From: Diadema antillarum
Taxonomy: Eukaryota
Length of the DNA: 64,000 nucleotides
NCBI RefSeq assembly: GCF_040938485.1
Contig: NW_027270921.1
Location: 434,001-498,000 of the forward strand
Direction: 5' to 3'
Each line of letters opens with the position of its first letter. Within the stretch, counting starts at the first letter, position 1. The notes under the pieces were generated by a model. The model was not told the origin of the DNA. It saw only the letters and a program-made list of their open reading frames with translations, and made no database searches. This document shows positions 12,801-28,300 of this stretch, in pieces. Position numbers and translations under genes: made by a program.

Positions 12801-15800
12801 GAATAATGAACCTTCCCTCATTTTCTGATTATCAAACATTTGGACTAACAAACCTCATTTCATTTTTAGATTAAAGAACAATCAGAATAACGAACTGTAA
12901 CCATTGTATTGTTACACAGAGAATTAAAGAAAGTCAAACCCCAACACACAAGATGCTGAATCAGTCCAAATGTAACATTATATGATCCATGATAAATGCA
13001 CAGCTTTTTTTTCGGGGGGGGGGGGGGGAGGATGTGGGAGGGGGTTGAATAACCATGGTGGATGTCACATGACCTTCAATGACAAAAAACATGCGGAGTG
13101 ATCATGGCAGTTACAACGGTGCAAACATATTGAAGATGTCCACTCTAGATACCAGACCAGCGTCACCTGAATGATTGGGTTGCATTAGTTATAATGGTGG
13201 AATGGTAAGTGAGGTGCTCAAAACAAGAACTAAGTGTGGTTAATTTGAGTTGACGGTTAAAACTGTGAATCGGGGAACGGACGATACAAGAGGAACATGC
13301 CGGGCATGTCAAGACCATGTCACCAAACAGTAACAACCAATGAATGACAACTATAACACCGAACTCATTTATGCCATCGGACAAACTTGCTATGGTAATA
13401 CATACAAACACACAAAAGAAATGCCTCTGTCGGCCAGAGGGGTCAAGCCGGGCCCAGCCTCCAGAGGGAACAACGAACGACTATGCTTGGGGGTACGGAC
13501 TGAGGGGGGCGGGGGGCAGCTAATGATACACACCTGGGGGGACATCATGTACGAATAGCCACCATAGGGAGACATGGGTGGCCTGGGCTGCAGGAAGGCA
13601 AAGCAGCAGATTAAATAGTTGGGGTTAGTTGGTCTTCAGGTAGTGCTCGGTATATATGTATGGATTAATTAGTTAATGGAAAGTTTACTAGTACACAACC
13701 AAAGATGTCTAATCCTTAGTTGTCACCTTCATGTGTGTGAGTTCCATGCATGTACGTCACTCACGGTACAATCAGCTTTTCAATCTTGGAGTTTAAAACT
13801 ATCCGTCTCATATTCTGATGGATGTTACTACATGTGTCACTCTTCACTGCAGCATGAGCATTGATTGATGTCACACAGAGATCTTCATGCATGTCCTATC
13901 ACCGCAACCTTCACATATTTGCTGAATCAAAACTGGGAATCCCATTACAAACACACTGAAATTTAGAAAGAAACACAGATTCACTCTCCCATTCAAAAAG
14001 ACAGAACATCAACATATTTTTCTTTCCCCGAAGGAGAAGTGACAAATTATGCCTTCCATTGAACACATGTGCATGAATTGCATTATATCAACTCTATTTC
14101 CACATTTAACCCTTTCAGCACCACAGCAATAAAATCAGATTGCCTTTTATGAAGACCCTGCCCACAGTACTCAAAGAGTTAACAGGTAGGTGTATAGACC
14201 AGATGATTACTTGAGGCCACCAGAAGATAAAAAAATAAAATTTCAGATAACGGTCTTTACACCTTATAATTCTAAAGCCATTTCAATCCTTTTTTGTTTT
14301 TTTTAAATAATTAAGATTTCATTATACGTGTAGATGCTCAAAAGTATAAATTCATTCTTTTGATACTGTGTATACAACTTTACAGGATTATACATGTGCC
14401 TGTTCTGTCAAAATCATCATATTTTAATCTAGGTAATGTGCTGTTTGAATGTCTCTAGTTTCTTCAAAAAAATAAAATCAAACTGAATAAAAATAAAAAT
14501 TGCTATCTAATGAACCTCAGGCACACTGTGGATACGTCAGCTGCCATTTCATGGCAAAGCCTTTTTATAATCACCGTGTATTGACTACTGAACCATATCA
14601 AGTCACAGAACTGTGGTCTAATTGATGGGCAACATTCCTAGAATTGCCACAAAATCACGACACCTGAAATTAAGCATTCAGTTTCATCTCGCAATCAACA
14701 TTGGCTGGATGTTTGCGGTGACAACTCACACATTTACAATAAATGAGAAATTGGAAGTTGGCATGAAAATACATTAGATATTAAAAAAAAAAATCTGTAT
14801 TTTCAACACTAGATTGAAAGAAAACAACACACACAGCACATTCAGGGATCAGCAAGCATGGTTTTGGCTTTAAATCATAATGTATGGTGGACAAACATAA
14901 TGAAATTAACAAACACACTCACATACACACTAAGCATCAGAAGAGTAGTCAAATAAATCAAATGTGGGCAAAAATGGGCATTCGAGAACACGGCACTGCA
15001 CCTTTTACAGCATATGGCATTCATAAAATTAATAAACAAACATGGGATAAAAGCAAAAACTTTGGACAATTGACATAAGCAGCCTTGCCAGAAAAAGAGA
15101 AAATATAATTTGAAAAATCATAGACCTACTCAACAATTCATTTGAATTAGCAATAGTCAATGCCGTTCACTCATACGAAAGAAAATTTGCATAAAAGTGG
15201 ATATGATAGTGTAACTGAGGTATGACAGAAAGGAAAGCATTAAGCAGCCCCCTCCCCCCCCCCCCCCCAAAAAAAAAGAAACAAAAATAAGTAGAATACA
15301 GCAGCCAGATTAAACTAGTCTAGTGTACTGAAATTGACCACTGATTTTGTCTTTCATCGAAAGGCAAGATTACAATTAGGGATGTCTCAACTAAAACTTA
15401 CAAAAGTAAAAGAAAAGAAAATTGACTTGACAGACATAGTATGGGAAATGCAAAGAAATGCTGAGTTCATCAATAAAAGGACAGGGAGAGATTTGAGGAT
15501 TCATTTCAATTAAAAATGCTTTACAAAAAAAATGAATATGACATACAGATTAGGCCTGTGGGGAAAAAAAAAAAGTACAAATATGCACAATGTAGACTAC
15601 AAGTTCAACTGCAGGAGCTGATGTATGCTGATAAAAAGGAAAACTTGACAAATAGACACACATTGTTCCATGCACTACACTGAAAGGCAGAATAAGACAA
15701 GGAATTATTTTTTGCTCACTTATGAGGATACCAAATGGAGAAAAACTGTATGTGGGAATGCTTTGATTTCAGCTTAATACAAAAACCAGGGTGCTACATA

Positions 15801-18800
15801 ACTTTTTTTTTTCTTTTTAAAAAAAATATATAATTGCCTGGTCGGCTAGCAGATTCTCAAATTGTTGCAGAACATCAATTTTACTTGCTCAAAAAGAAAG
15901 TTGTTATTGCATTGCATTGGGCTTCTTTACAACAGTGTTGGAAAGTTGCTGAAATGAGAGTACAGCGTGTTGCACCATTAAACAGACATTATCTTTGGGC
16001 TTCTGTTTGGTTGATGTTATGGCTTTGAAGAGGAAAATGTAATAAAAAGTGGTTTTAAAATCTTTGCTTGTCTGATTCAGGCAAGCATTTTTTTTTCTCA
16101 CTGTTCCAAAACACCTGCCCAACTTGGATTTTCACTTGCCCTGGGCAATCGGTCAAGCACTTATGTAGCATCGTGCACAACACTGTGTTTGCAGGAGATA
16201 ACCAGCCAACAGCAGGTGAGTGGAGATAATTTCTTGAATAGCATCCACTGAAAAAGTTGCACGATTAAAACAAGTTGACTCTATATATATTACTCCTGGC
16301 AGAGCTGTATTAATGTAGCAAGTTTAACAATCATTACAGCCAATGAAATGATTGTCATGTGGTATGTGTGCTGAATTAGACCTACATTAGAAATTACCCA
16401 AAATTCACTCCCTGCGCTAGATCCTATATGAATAATGTTGAAAACTGAGTGAGCACGTGGCTTCATTCATTCATGTACTAACCATAACAATATGACATTT
16501 ATAGGCCAATTTATATTTTCTATGGCATGATTCCATTGAAGGCTGTTAGATGAGGTATATAGACGAGGGGTGAAAGGGCGAAAGGAGATCTGAAATCACC
16601 ACATTCCACTGTGCTGATTCTTCATAAGAATACTGTTTATTAAAAACAATATTTTCGAGGCATAAAATTGTCACGAACTGGAGCTGACGGCCTTTTTCGC
16701 GGCATGACATTTTCACGAGTTACCTCTAACATTCAATGCGTATAGAGTAGGCAAGAACTTTCACATGCATTTTGATTTCGCGAATCTTGGCTCTCGCGAA
16801 ATTCACAAAATTAAAATGCACGCGAACATTACTCGTTTTACAGTATATTTCTCAGTTTTAGTTTGATGTATATATCTTGACAACATAAGTATACACGTTG
16901 TAAAATTGTGTTTTGATTTGAGAGCACTCTATGGATGGATGTGTTTTAATTTGTACCTCAACAATGCAATTCCAAACCATACGTAGGTAGTGCAATATAG
17001 TGGTTCAAAGAAGTGGAACACTGACCACAGTGTGGTCATTGCTTTGTTTTGGGAGAATGCATTGCAGAATTATCATCATGGGTATGGACAGAGCTTGATT
17101 ATCATCATTGTTTTAGAGGTGGTGGTTTTGTGACTTTTGGGACATTTGTTGGAGAAAAAAAAAAGATATAAGAGGAGAAATGAATGGACAAATATTATGC
17201 ATATATGCTGCTGCCAAAGTCTAATGCATGGACAACTTATGTGACGACCAGGAAAAAGCCTCATACAGAATGACCATAGAAAAGAGAAAGAGGAATGTAG
17301 AGAGGTGGGGGGGGGGGGGTACAGAAGGAAGGGGGGAGGAGAAGAGGGGGAGAAGAAGAGGGGAAGGAGGTTGAGTGAATGAGGGGAGGGGAGCAGTGAG
17401 TATAGACAGAGTGATCATTGGTCAGATACAAATGTACATGTACAAAGTAGGTGTGTCATGGCACGGGAGCCTTACCTGAGGGGGCGGGGTGGGCTGTCCC
17501 GAGAAGGTTCTGGCCACCTGTGGGCGGGGCTGCATCTGGCTCTGGGGGTTCTGCGCCTGCATCACCATCTGGTTCTATGGACAGATAGGAAAATTGTGCT
17601 GACACTTACTGATGGCAGACCTTAATGTATCGACATCATGACAGTGTTCATCTTTGCACTTTATACGATATTTCTTTAAAAGTGAGAAGTATAAATAGGA
17701 AGCCTTTTCCAAGCAAATCAAAGAATTTCATCCTTCAAGTTTCAGTCTTTCAAATTTCATTGCTCAAGGTGCAGTTTGAGTCTTGTAAAGTTTGTTAAAT
17801 CTCTACTTGCATTTTAAGTCAGCAAGATATAGATATTAATTTGATCTACAATGCACAGCCCTACCTTCCCTTCAGTTCTGATCCTCAATTTAATTTCTAA
17901 CTCTGTAAAGTCTCAAATGGGTCAGCTACAGCAGGGCTTTACATAGGTGGTGGCCCCGTGGCCCAGGACCACTAAAAATTGATGTCTGGCCGCCAAATTT
18001 CCCATAAGGTTATCTTTTGGTGGCCTGATTGGCTAGCTAAAATTTGAACTGAAATGTTCATATTTTCCTTTTATTTTGAGCCACTACATTTCTTTTACAG
18101 GCCACAAAAATTTCGAATTCAAGGACTTTTGTGGTCAAACGGGCCTTCAGATAAAAATGTTAGTGTTGAGCCCTGCCTACCTTCTCATAGCAACCATCTA
18201 AATACTGACAAGTCAGTGATGAAAATGACAGCAAACACTTATAAAGAAACAAAATTACCATACAAACAAACAGTATGAATGACACAAATCCAAAATCATT
18301 TGGGGGAAGTCATCTCACTGGGAAATTCTGCTGGGCCCTGGGCATCTGCTGCATAAGTCCAGGCTGCTGCATGAGGCCCGGCTGCTGCATGCCCATCTGG
18401 CCCGGAGCCATGTGTATCTGCTGCCCTCCAGCCTGGGCGGGTGCCCCTGGCATCCCGGGCTGGGGCTGGGGGGTCATGGTGTTCGCCCCTCCTCCTGGTC
18501 CCTGGAATCCACCTGGCTGCATGCCTGTAAGGCAAATAATCAGTCCTTTGTAAGTCAAGAGAATGCGTGCATGGGATATATCATGAAATAACAAGTCATT
18601 GAAAAAGAAAGCTCTGATTCCCTACACATTCAGAGGAAAATCATATTTTGTTCTCCTCTCCTGACAATGGTAATGTGATTGGGAAATTGGTGGGGTGGGT
18701 GTGACAAGGGGTAAGGAGATGGGTGAGGTAGGTTAAGGGGAAGGAGAAGGGGGTGAGTGAGGGTGGATGTTGCCAGGCAGAATGGGATGGGTGTGGGTAG

Positions 18801-19285
18801 GTGTGACAAGGGAGAGGGAATGAGTGAGAATGAACATGGGGGTGAAAGGATGGGTTAGGGTGGGTGTGGCAAGGGGGGAACAGATGAGGGACAGGAGTCA
18901 CGCACCTGCTGTGGCTGCACCCTGGTAGTGGGGCATCTGGGAAGGTTGTGACTGGGGAGCTGGTTGAGGCACACCCTGGGGTACTCCTTGGGGCATGTTG
19001 GCTCCTGGCTGGCTGGTGGCCGTCATCAGCTTCTGCAGCTTCTGGGCCATTTGCTGCTGCCGCTGGTCCATGGACATCCCCCCTGAAAAAAAGGTCAACC
19101 AACCAACCGTCATACACAGAAAGTAAGTAAACAACAAACCCAAGCATAATTCCCAGGTCTCTTGTTTTTGTATTGGTCAGCGGAACTGCAGACAAAGCCC
19201 AATTAATCATACATGTATCTGCTATCCATGAATATTGGTAATTACTGTTTATAATGATTTTTACGAATACTTACTACTATTACTG

Positions 19286-19345
<60 letters not shown>

Positions 19346-22300
19346 GTACCTAATTGCTACTACTGCTTCTAGTACTAATAACAGCAAATATTAACTTGTT
19401 CTCTTTCCCTCACAAGTCGCAAGATTCATCTTAAATGTGTCAAGAGGTACTTAGTACCTTCTACATACCTTTAACAACCTTGAGTCAGCAACCAAAATCA
19501 CCTTCCATTTTTACCAACTTTGCAACATACTGCGATATGCAAATTTGTCAACTTTGTTAAAAATCCAGGACAAGTGAAATCAAAGTATTCCAAATCTGAT
19601 AAAAAGTGCTGCTAGAGAATGACATGGGATTATGTGGCTTTGGTTAAGGAAGTATTCCTGATTGTCATTCCATTACCATCAGAGAAAGGTTCAGCACATG
19701 TGCATTCACATGCAGCACTCCATACATAATTCAGGAATACTGTGATGCACCCAGTCATTTCATAGGCACATGTGCCCGGCACAGTCTTACAATGTACGGA
19801 AGTTGTATGAACAATGGAGTCAGATGGGACGTTCTGTTTTCATCTAGTAAAATAGTACATTTTGTAACTTTCACAGTTTGTCTTGCATGTCAAACAGAGA
19901 TCAAAGCAAAATCCAAACATGATGAAATAACTGCAAACTAATTATAGCTATACTGACTCTTTGATCATTCGTCTGTTGAGAATGATAAGGGCGTTATTAG
20001 TTTAAGTTGTCACAAAACCCATAGTGTTCAAGACAACTTAGCGCCCTTCCCATTCTCAACAGACGTTTTGATGTCATGTTAATTCTGACCCTATTGTCTG
20101 CCCATACTCCATCAATGCTCACTTTTCTAGAAAGCAAGTAGCCTTACATACACAATGTTTGGACATTTCTGAACCACTAATGGATATGAGAAAAGCATCA
20201 GTGAGAAAATAAATTTCAAGTTTGCTTTCACACACAATAATGCTTCTTCTGATGTTTGCAAATGACTTCCTGTGACAGTCCAAAAGGGCTCCTAGACTGA
20301 TGAGAGTAACAAAATACCTTGAGGCTGTCCCATCTGAGTCCTCATCATCGGTCGGCTGCCTTGGTTACCGACTCCAGGCACCATCTGAGCCGGGTTGGAT
20401 GTTATCTGGAGGCCAGCATTCTGTGTCTGACCCATTTGTGTGAGTCCCTGCAGGGCTACCATTGGATCTACGTGCCAAGAGAAGGACAGATATCAGTTAC
20501 AATTCATATACAATCAGTAAATGGTCAAGAATATGCAGTAGTCAGAGTTTTCACACAAGGTTAAAGGTGAGATAGCATCTTTCACCCTGTGCAAATCTCA
20601 TTCTATTGCACATACATTGTACAAAGACCATTCATTATTTTTGAAATTCAAACTCAAATACATTTCCATTTTCAATATTACATTTTTTTTTTGGCGAATA
20701 CAGTCAATCTTGCGTAAGTCGACCTCACATAAGTCGAAGGCCTAAAGTCGAAGTCCTCTTCTCTTTATATTCTACTGATTTTAATCCCTCATAAGTCGAA
20801 TTTTCTCGAAGTTATTTCTCGAAGCTATTTCTCCAGTCCAAATAGATTCGACTTAGGCAAGGTTGACTGTACGACAATTACAACTAATCAATGTAAAATT
20901 ACAAAATATATATACATACATATATATTTGAAAGCAGAAAAAGAAAATGAACTTAGTTTGTTAATTACAACACGTTGGAGATTAACACGCATGGTCCAAA
21001 CCATGGCCTGAGTATTAGAACAGCCATTTCTCAAGGCAAGGTAAATGGCAAGCAGTGAGTTTGATGAAAAGCTTGGACCAATATTCGTCGCTGGTGATGT
21101 CATGGTGCACTATCCAAAACTACTGCATGCTCATTGCATGCTCATGCAATAGTACATTTTAGCGAATGCCATGTGATGAGCAGTCAACCAATCGTGAAGC
21201 AAAATTCTCAGTAGGGTTCACATTGTATACACCATGTATTTCGTGAGTACTTATATTTCATGTAGTGGGACTAGCAATACGATTCCACAAGCGGTTGTAT
21301 GTGCAATCAAGATCCACAGTGATTTTAATGAGAAATCAGTACTACATTTTTTAGTTAGTGAGTTCGCTCTTCAGTGGAAATGTATAATGCATAAATTGTG
21401 TTACAGCAGGCAAAATTTTTGCCAGTTGTTAATTTCTTGAATATCAACGACTTGCATTTTTCTTTTGCCTAACCATTCCTTTTTCCACATTCCAAAATAC
21501 CCTCATTTTGTCTCCCTTGCAAATATAAAACTTGCAAAGATATCAGGTACATGCAGAATTTGTTACGATGGATGATAACATGAAGAGACTTTCAAGTAAC
21601 CTACGTATGCTGTAATGAAAATCTAACAGCATTCACAGTGTTCAATATCAAGAGAAATGCCAGCAAAGTATGTTAAAGGGGACTATGCTTGCTATTAGGA
21701 ATGTTCACACTGTATATGCCTTATGATTGCAAACTACATTAAACCTGTCTTCTATTCTGACATTACTTGCATAGAAATTCAACTTACCGGTATTCACAAA
21801 ATCTTTGAATATTTTGGACAAAGCAAAATTTCATGACATCTGTTTAAAGATAATATAAAGTTTTGGTACCTCAAAAGTTTCCCTGAGTTTCCTTGTCTTA
21901 GTTTGTGTTTCAGGTTAAAGTACCTTTCATATAACTAACATTGTGAGACTTACTCGCCCCAAAGTGCTCTCATGTCTTAGTAATCATGCAATAATGGTTT
22001 TGTACAATATGTGTATATTGATTCTCGCGGTACCGCGTCGAGTCAAACTAACGGCTTGTTCGAATTTTTCAGAGCCCGCTCTGCTCTGGTACGAAACCAT
22101 CATTGCATGATTACTAAGACATGACAGCACTTTGGGGCGAGTAAGTCTCACAATGTTAGTTATACGAAAGGTACTTTAACCTGAAACACAAACTAAGACA
22201 AGGAAAATCAGGGAAACTTTTGAGGCACCAAAACTTTATATTATCTTTAAAAAGCTCCTATTTACAGTGGAAAACGTCAGTGCTCACCAAATACTATGAC

Positions 22301-25300
22301 ATTCTACTGTGTACTTATCCAGAAAATGTCAAAGGTGTAAGTGCATCCTAAAATCTCTCCTGTGATATAAAACCAGTCATGTCTACTCAAACCTCAGGGT
22401 AAATTTAGATAACGGTGTTTAATTGGTAATTGAGTTAAGTTTGTGATCTTGAATTATCTTTGTGTTTGTCATCAACTATTCATTTCACAAGCTTTTGTTA
22501 ACCCTTTCTGTGCCACAGAGTCAACTGTGCTCAAACTTTGCACACAAACCTATGAACAGGTGGCACATACAGAGTTAAAGCCTGTGTGATATATAACTCA
22601 AAACACGTTGAAAATCTATCATTCAACTAGACACTTAGAAAACAGTAACTTCATGTCTGTTTCTTTTTTTTTCCTACGGACAAATCATATAAAAGATACG
22701 TACCATCTCTAAAAATATGTCATGTAGTAATACACAGTCTATATGCCAGCTTGTGATGCTGACATTCGTAAGGATTCCATCTAATTGATTGAAACTTTGA
22801 TACATCTCTTCTTTTTTTATTTTTAACTACGTATTCTGCTTTAAGAAAAAAAAAAGAAGACTGTACTTATATCCTTAGAATGTGTGTCATAACTGGGGAG
22901 AATGCAAACTTGAATTACATTTGCACAGTTCACTTTTTCCAAAGAAACATATCTTCCTGCCGAAATATTATTAGAATGACAGGCATGCATTTAATGATAC
23001 ACAAAAACTGCAGTGCCTTTTATGAAAAAAAAAATTTCTTGATTTTTTTAACTTACCTTGTTGCTGGTTGGCCATGTTGGGGGTCATTCTACCTGTGAGA
23101 CCCTTTTCCTTTGCTGCAACATGAGAAGACAGAAAGGGTTATTGGTTAATACAAAGTGAGCAAATCAACAATTTCTTCCTAATATACAACAATTGGCAAA
23201 ATCTGTGGCATAATCAACATGCTATAAAGTTCCAGTGTACAACTTTTTGTCAATGCTACTTTTACATTATGTTCCCAGTTGCCATGATGATCATGGTTCA
23301 GGTCACTGTGGACAAAACAAACAGAATTGTGTAAATTTCATTTACATTGGACATAAAGGAAGAAAATTATGGGCATCTAAATTTGTACATGAATTCACAC
23401 TATGTTGATGTCAGTCACAACCATTAATATAAATTACATAAAGTGATGATGTCATTGCCTCACAAGTCTCGAATCAACATACACAGACATTTTTACTGAT
23501 CTTCCTTTTTGGATATTACACTGAAAAAATTGTACCCTTCCTACTGAATCATTGCTGTGCTGTAATAACGTAGCAATGATGAACTTAAGTGGGAAAAGTT
23601 TGTAATTTACAAAACCATCCCTCTCAAAAAAAAAAAAAAAAATGTTCATATCAGTGCATGGAATGATGAAGATGATGTCATCTCCTTGTCAAACTTGCAT
23701 TTGGCATTGCCAACAAGATCTCTGTGCATTCCCTCTATAGCCCCGGCAACACTGGCAAAAGATCGTGACGTTTAAGATTGTAAAGTCTTCACAAAGGTTG
23801 CACCTCCGTCTGCACTGGCAGTGGTACCCGTGCGCCACGAAAGAAGAAAGTCTGACAGCTAGTGACTGTCACGTAGAAGTGCACACACATACTTGTACAA
23901 TACAATGACTGCGCGCTTCGGAGGCACTGCCCGCAAACAGATGGTGGACTTGTCATGTGACAAACTTCGCAAATTTTCAGGTACTAGCATTCACACTATC
24001 CAAAGATCAAGAAATTGACAGGGGTCTTAGAAACATCCCGAGTTTGAGTGGGAAGTTTTGCGGAAAGTTTTGCAGAAGTTTGCAGTCATGCTGGGAAAAA
24101 CTTCGAGAAACTTTGTGATCTTTTGCCAGTGTTACCGCAGCTTACATGTGCCATGGTTTAAACCCCCTGTGTGTGCTACATTATTCTGAGACCGCAACAC
24201 ACACAGCATGCTTTTGGAAAACATTAGACTGTTTTTCAAAGTCATGTAACTTTTGATAGAAATATCTATGTTAGACATGCAAATAGCAAAGTTGTAGAGA
24301 AAATTGCAAGCTTTGCTGTGATGTAAATCTCATGTCAAATCTATGATTATCTTTCTTTCAAAAGGCCAGTAGTGACATTTCTGCCCAGGTCTGGGAGGCA
24401 TAACTTTTGTGCAAACAGCCGCTAGGAAAACTTTGAATTTACTTGTAAAAAAAAAACCCCTAGGAAACACCGCTATTCAATCGTAACGCAATACAATCTA
24501 CATGTGCGAGAAATGGAATCGTAAGCAAAGAGCACAGTACTGTGGCTTTTTGCCATTTATCAATTGGTTTGGGCGGGTTTGTGCATTTGAGCAAAACATG
24601 TGAACTTGGCACAGCGTCGATTGAGGTGGGCATATGAACGTGGCAGATAAAGACTTAAAAACATGTGAATCTGTAAAACATTTTTTATTAAATCTTCAAT
24701 TTCTGTGAAATTTCAACCACTGTTTTTTATCTACTCTATATTGTATTCATATTGTTCAGTCAACTTAGACAGGGATTGGAAATGAACTTGCAGTCTACAG
24801 TATGATACTTTCATTATGAAATTCCTCAAACTTGGATGGCATCTCAATGTGTTATTCTGAGATATGCATTCAAACTGTTCTGTTTGGACTAAAGTCTGTG
24901 TTATGTTCACTTCACATTAAAAAATACACTAATTCTTCAAGTATCGGATATAAGAAAACACACAAAAAGGAATACAATCCTGAACATTCAAGGCACTTTG
25001 AATTACCGTACGCCTTCCAACCTGAACAGATCTCTTTGTAAAAGATACTGATCTAGACAGACAAAATATTTCAAAGATACAGTGTACCCATCTCCTTTAT
25101 TGGACTCAAATACATAAAATTATTTGGAACTGTAGCCATTAAACACACACTTTCACATGTCACTAGGAACCATGAAAAGCGATTCCAAGCCTATACATGA
25201 AATATTCTATAGGATTTATAATAAAATTACAAAAGTATGCCATGGTAGTGTAGCATTTCATTTCAAATCATACACATTGTACGTGATCACCATTGCCAGT

Positions 25301-28300
25301 AATATGCACACAGAGTGAGTGGCTCTTGCACAAATGCAGCTACATGAAAAACATTTGTGGGTAGGTAGCAAGGCAGGCAAGTAGAAGGGTCAGTAGTACC
25401 CAGTATATTATCTGTAAGTATAGTTATGAGAGAACAATGAACTTATGAGCATATGCTGCAGGCATGTCTAAATTATACTCTCATTTTTATGGAGGCCTCC
25501 ATAAAAAATAGTATGTACTTCCTCTTCCTGAATACACACAAAATGCTGACACTAATACCTAGCAAAACTACAGTGGCATCACAAAGACTACATTGTATAT
25601 TGAAACATATTCATACTGTGATTCAATTGTGTGAAGAGCTTCTATGTATGCATTTCTAAGGTTACATTTCCACTAGAAACTTTGCACGATATAAAAATTA
25701 GGCAAATTGTATGCATGATAGCCCTTCACTATTGAAGCAGTGATGACAAAACTTTTGAATGCAAAAAAGGATTCCTTTGAATTGATCAAATGGCCACTGC
25801 AACATGCTAGCTCCTTAATGTTGAGTCCATTATTATAGTGACCTATGTTGGGTAATTCTAATACACACTGTTTGTCAAACCACTCACATGCAAACCTTGC
25901 ACTACAACAGCATGGGTATGATATTTAGGACACAAAATATACCTTGTACTGCTCTGTTGCGGTAACTCTAAAGTTAAGGGAAACTTGAAGGTAAAGTAAC
26001 CTCCACAGATGTCTTCTTTGTATCAAAAGAACCCAATGAAAAGTCTTGGAGCAACATTCTTAAAATCATCTGGCAATTGTTATGGAAGCATGATACTACC
26101 ACTAACTCTGGCTATTATCACACTACCATTCTCAATTCATTCCATGTACACTTAACTTTGAGTTTGCAAAATGTACAGTTTTATTCTCCACTTTGTATGA
26201 GAAGCAACAAGATGAATGAGTAACTCAATCACACAGAAACTAAACAGATAATATACCAAGTGAGACACCAGTGATGTACTTACCATTGCTATCTCGCATG
26301 TGAAGAATGAGTCGGGCAACCAATCCGAGATAGCTATCCTGGAAAAATTTTGGTGGGTGGAATGAAACATTGAACGGCAAAATTATGAACATGGAAGGAA
26401 AAGAAGGGAAGGAAGAGGAAAACCGACCACGTAGCACATCCAAACTGGGCCTACTGAGCGAAGGATACACGCACTCACTCAAACAGGATGTACATGGTAT
26501 TAACTCTCCATTATGTGCGCCTTAACCCGACCCATGCCCCCTGGTGCCTGCATCATACTGGAAAAAGGCAGACATGTGGATCTGGGCAGTGCTCAGTATC
26601 GTTGGTAGAGTGGACGGGGGCATGGGAGGAGATGGGTGACAGCTGGGGAGAAGGAAGTAGTACAGATTGAGAGACAGTCTGGGGAAGTGTATGCACTCTG
26701 ATGTATATGTAATTCATGTATTTATTCATTTGTATGATAAACATGCTTAAATCCCATATGTTTAAAATGTGTGTGCACAATGTACGTTGTATGTCCTTAT
26801 ATTTATCTTTGTTTAAGAAATTTTTTGTATGCACAACATATGAATTAATGTTATATTGTATGATCATGCCTTTATGTACATATCCATGGCTATGTAGATG
26901 TATTACGTACGTGTACATGAATGAATATAATGCACAGAAAGAGATACTAAATGTATGTGAGACCTACATGTACATGCATGTATGCAAGCAAGCAATCTAC
27001 AGTGAGACTGAATCAAAAAGTAATCCTAACAGACATTTAGTAGCATTGTGGATGGCACAAATACAAAAAGTCAGAGGTTTCCAATAGGTAATAACGAATC
27101 TGACATCCAAGTATAAGTTAATCACAGAGTTTTGACCACTGTTGTATTTATGAATCATTGTTAATATAATCATTACATTATTGCTTCCATCTAGTTTTAT
27201 TCTGCAGAATGCTCTTGTGTGTGGCTCAAAGCCAAATCAAATTTACAAATTTATTTAACCAATAGAAAAAACAAACAACTAAACGTTCTGCCATGAGATC
27301 GACTAAATGAAAGAAAGGGCAGATTCACATATCTTGAAGGAAGTATCAAAGTTTTTGTTTTAGTTTAATTCTGCAGAACATACTACAAAAACAAAACCAA
27401 CCAAAAAAAAAAGATATAGAAGTACAAGAGGCTCATACATTACCATCAATAATCCTATATGTACAAGAAAAGGGTCATATTAATCAGAAGGGAAAGGGAT
27501 CATACTTTCTGCAATAAGACTTGATTGTAGTACTAGTACAGATATTACAGGGCTCATTAGGAAATACGGTTAAAAAATGGATTTATAACATATCCCAAAT
27601 TGAATAATGCAGGATTATTCAAACAAAAACAAACAAACAAAAAAGAACAAAATGTAATGTTTCATTTTCAGCATTTGCCATTAGAGTGCTAAGCAGTTCA
27701 TCACGAACTACTTTGGTGGTAACCCCACCTACAGCTTCAATTACGTACATGCAGCGAAAGTGCATCCTAGAATCTTTTTCATATGTATACATTATTTTTG
27801 TTTCACAATTAATCATATCACAATGATGACAGTTCACATACAATATCCCACTTTATCATTTCTGGCTCTAACACTACCATTGTCTATTAATAATGTCCCA
27901 ATATAGTAACTAATTCTAGACAACCCAATCACAGAGATTACACTTCCCTGCTCTTAACCACTATTTCCTAACATATCTGAAACAGAAGATAGCCAATCAC
28001 TCTGTTATAACATTTTCTGCTTGCCAGTGACAAGTAATATAAAGAAGGTGACAACAAACTATCACATACTCAATTTTTGACTGAATTCTTGCTAACTTTG
28101 AGGTTGTCTTTTGTTGCTGTTGTGTTGTACATCAAAAGGGATTTATCAACACCATGCTCTCATATAATTCAAATTCTGACAACATAGATATATATTTCTG
28201 CCATATACAATGTATACAAAAGTAGCCACACTTATGGCTGCATTATTTTTCCCACTGTTAATCTACCATAATGGCAAAGAGAGACAAATATGATGCACAA

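Noticed and set aside
16195-16215. Plus-strand 21-nt micro-exon (TGCAG|GAGATAACCAGCCAACAGCAG|GTGAGT)
   Set aside because: The splice signals are strong, but no partner exons of a nested plus-strand gene were found; likely chance.
18641-18905. Pro/His-rich ORF continuation and G-rich repeats after MED15 exon 6
   Set aside because: It is in a different frame from MED15 and lies past a valid donor; low-complexity intron sequence.
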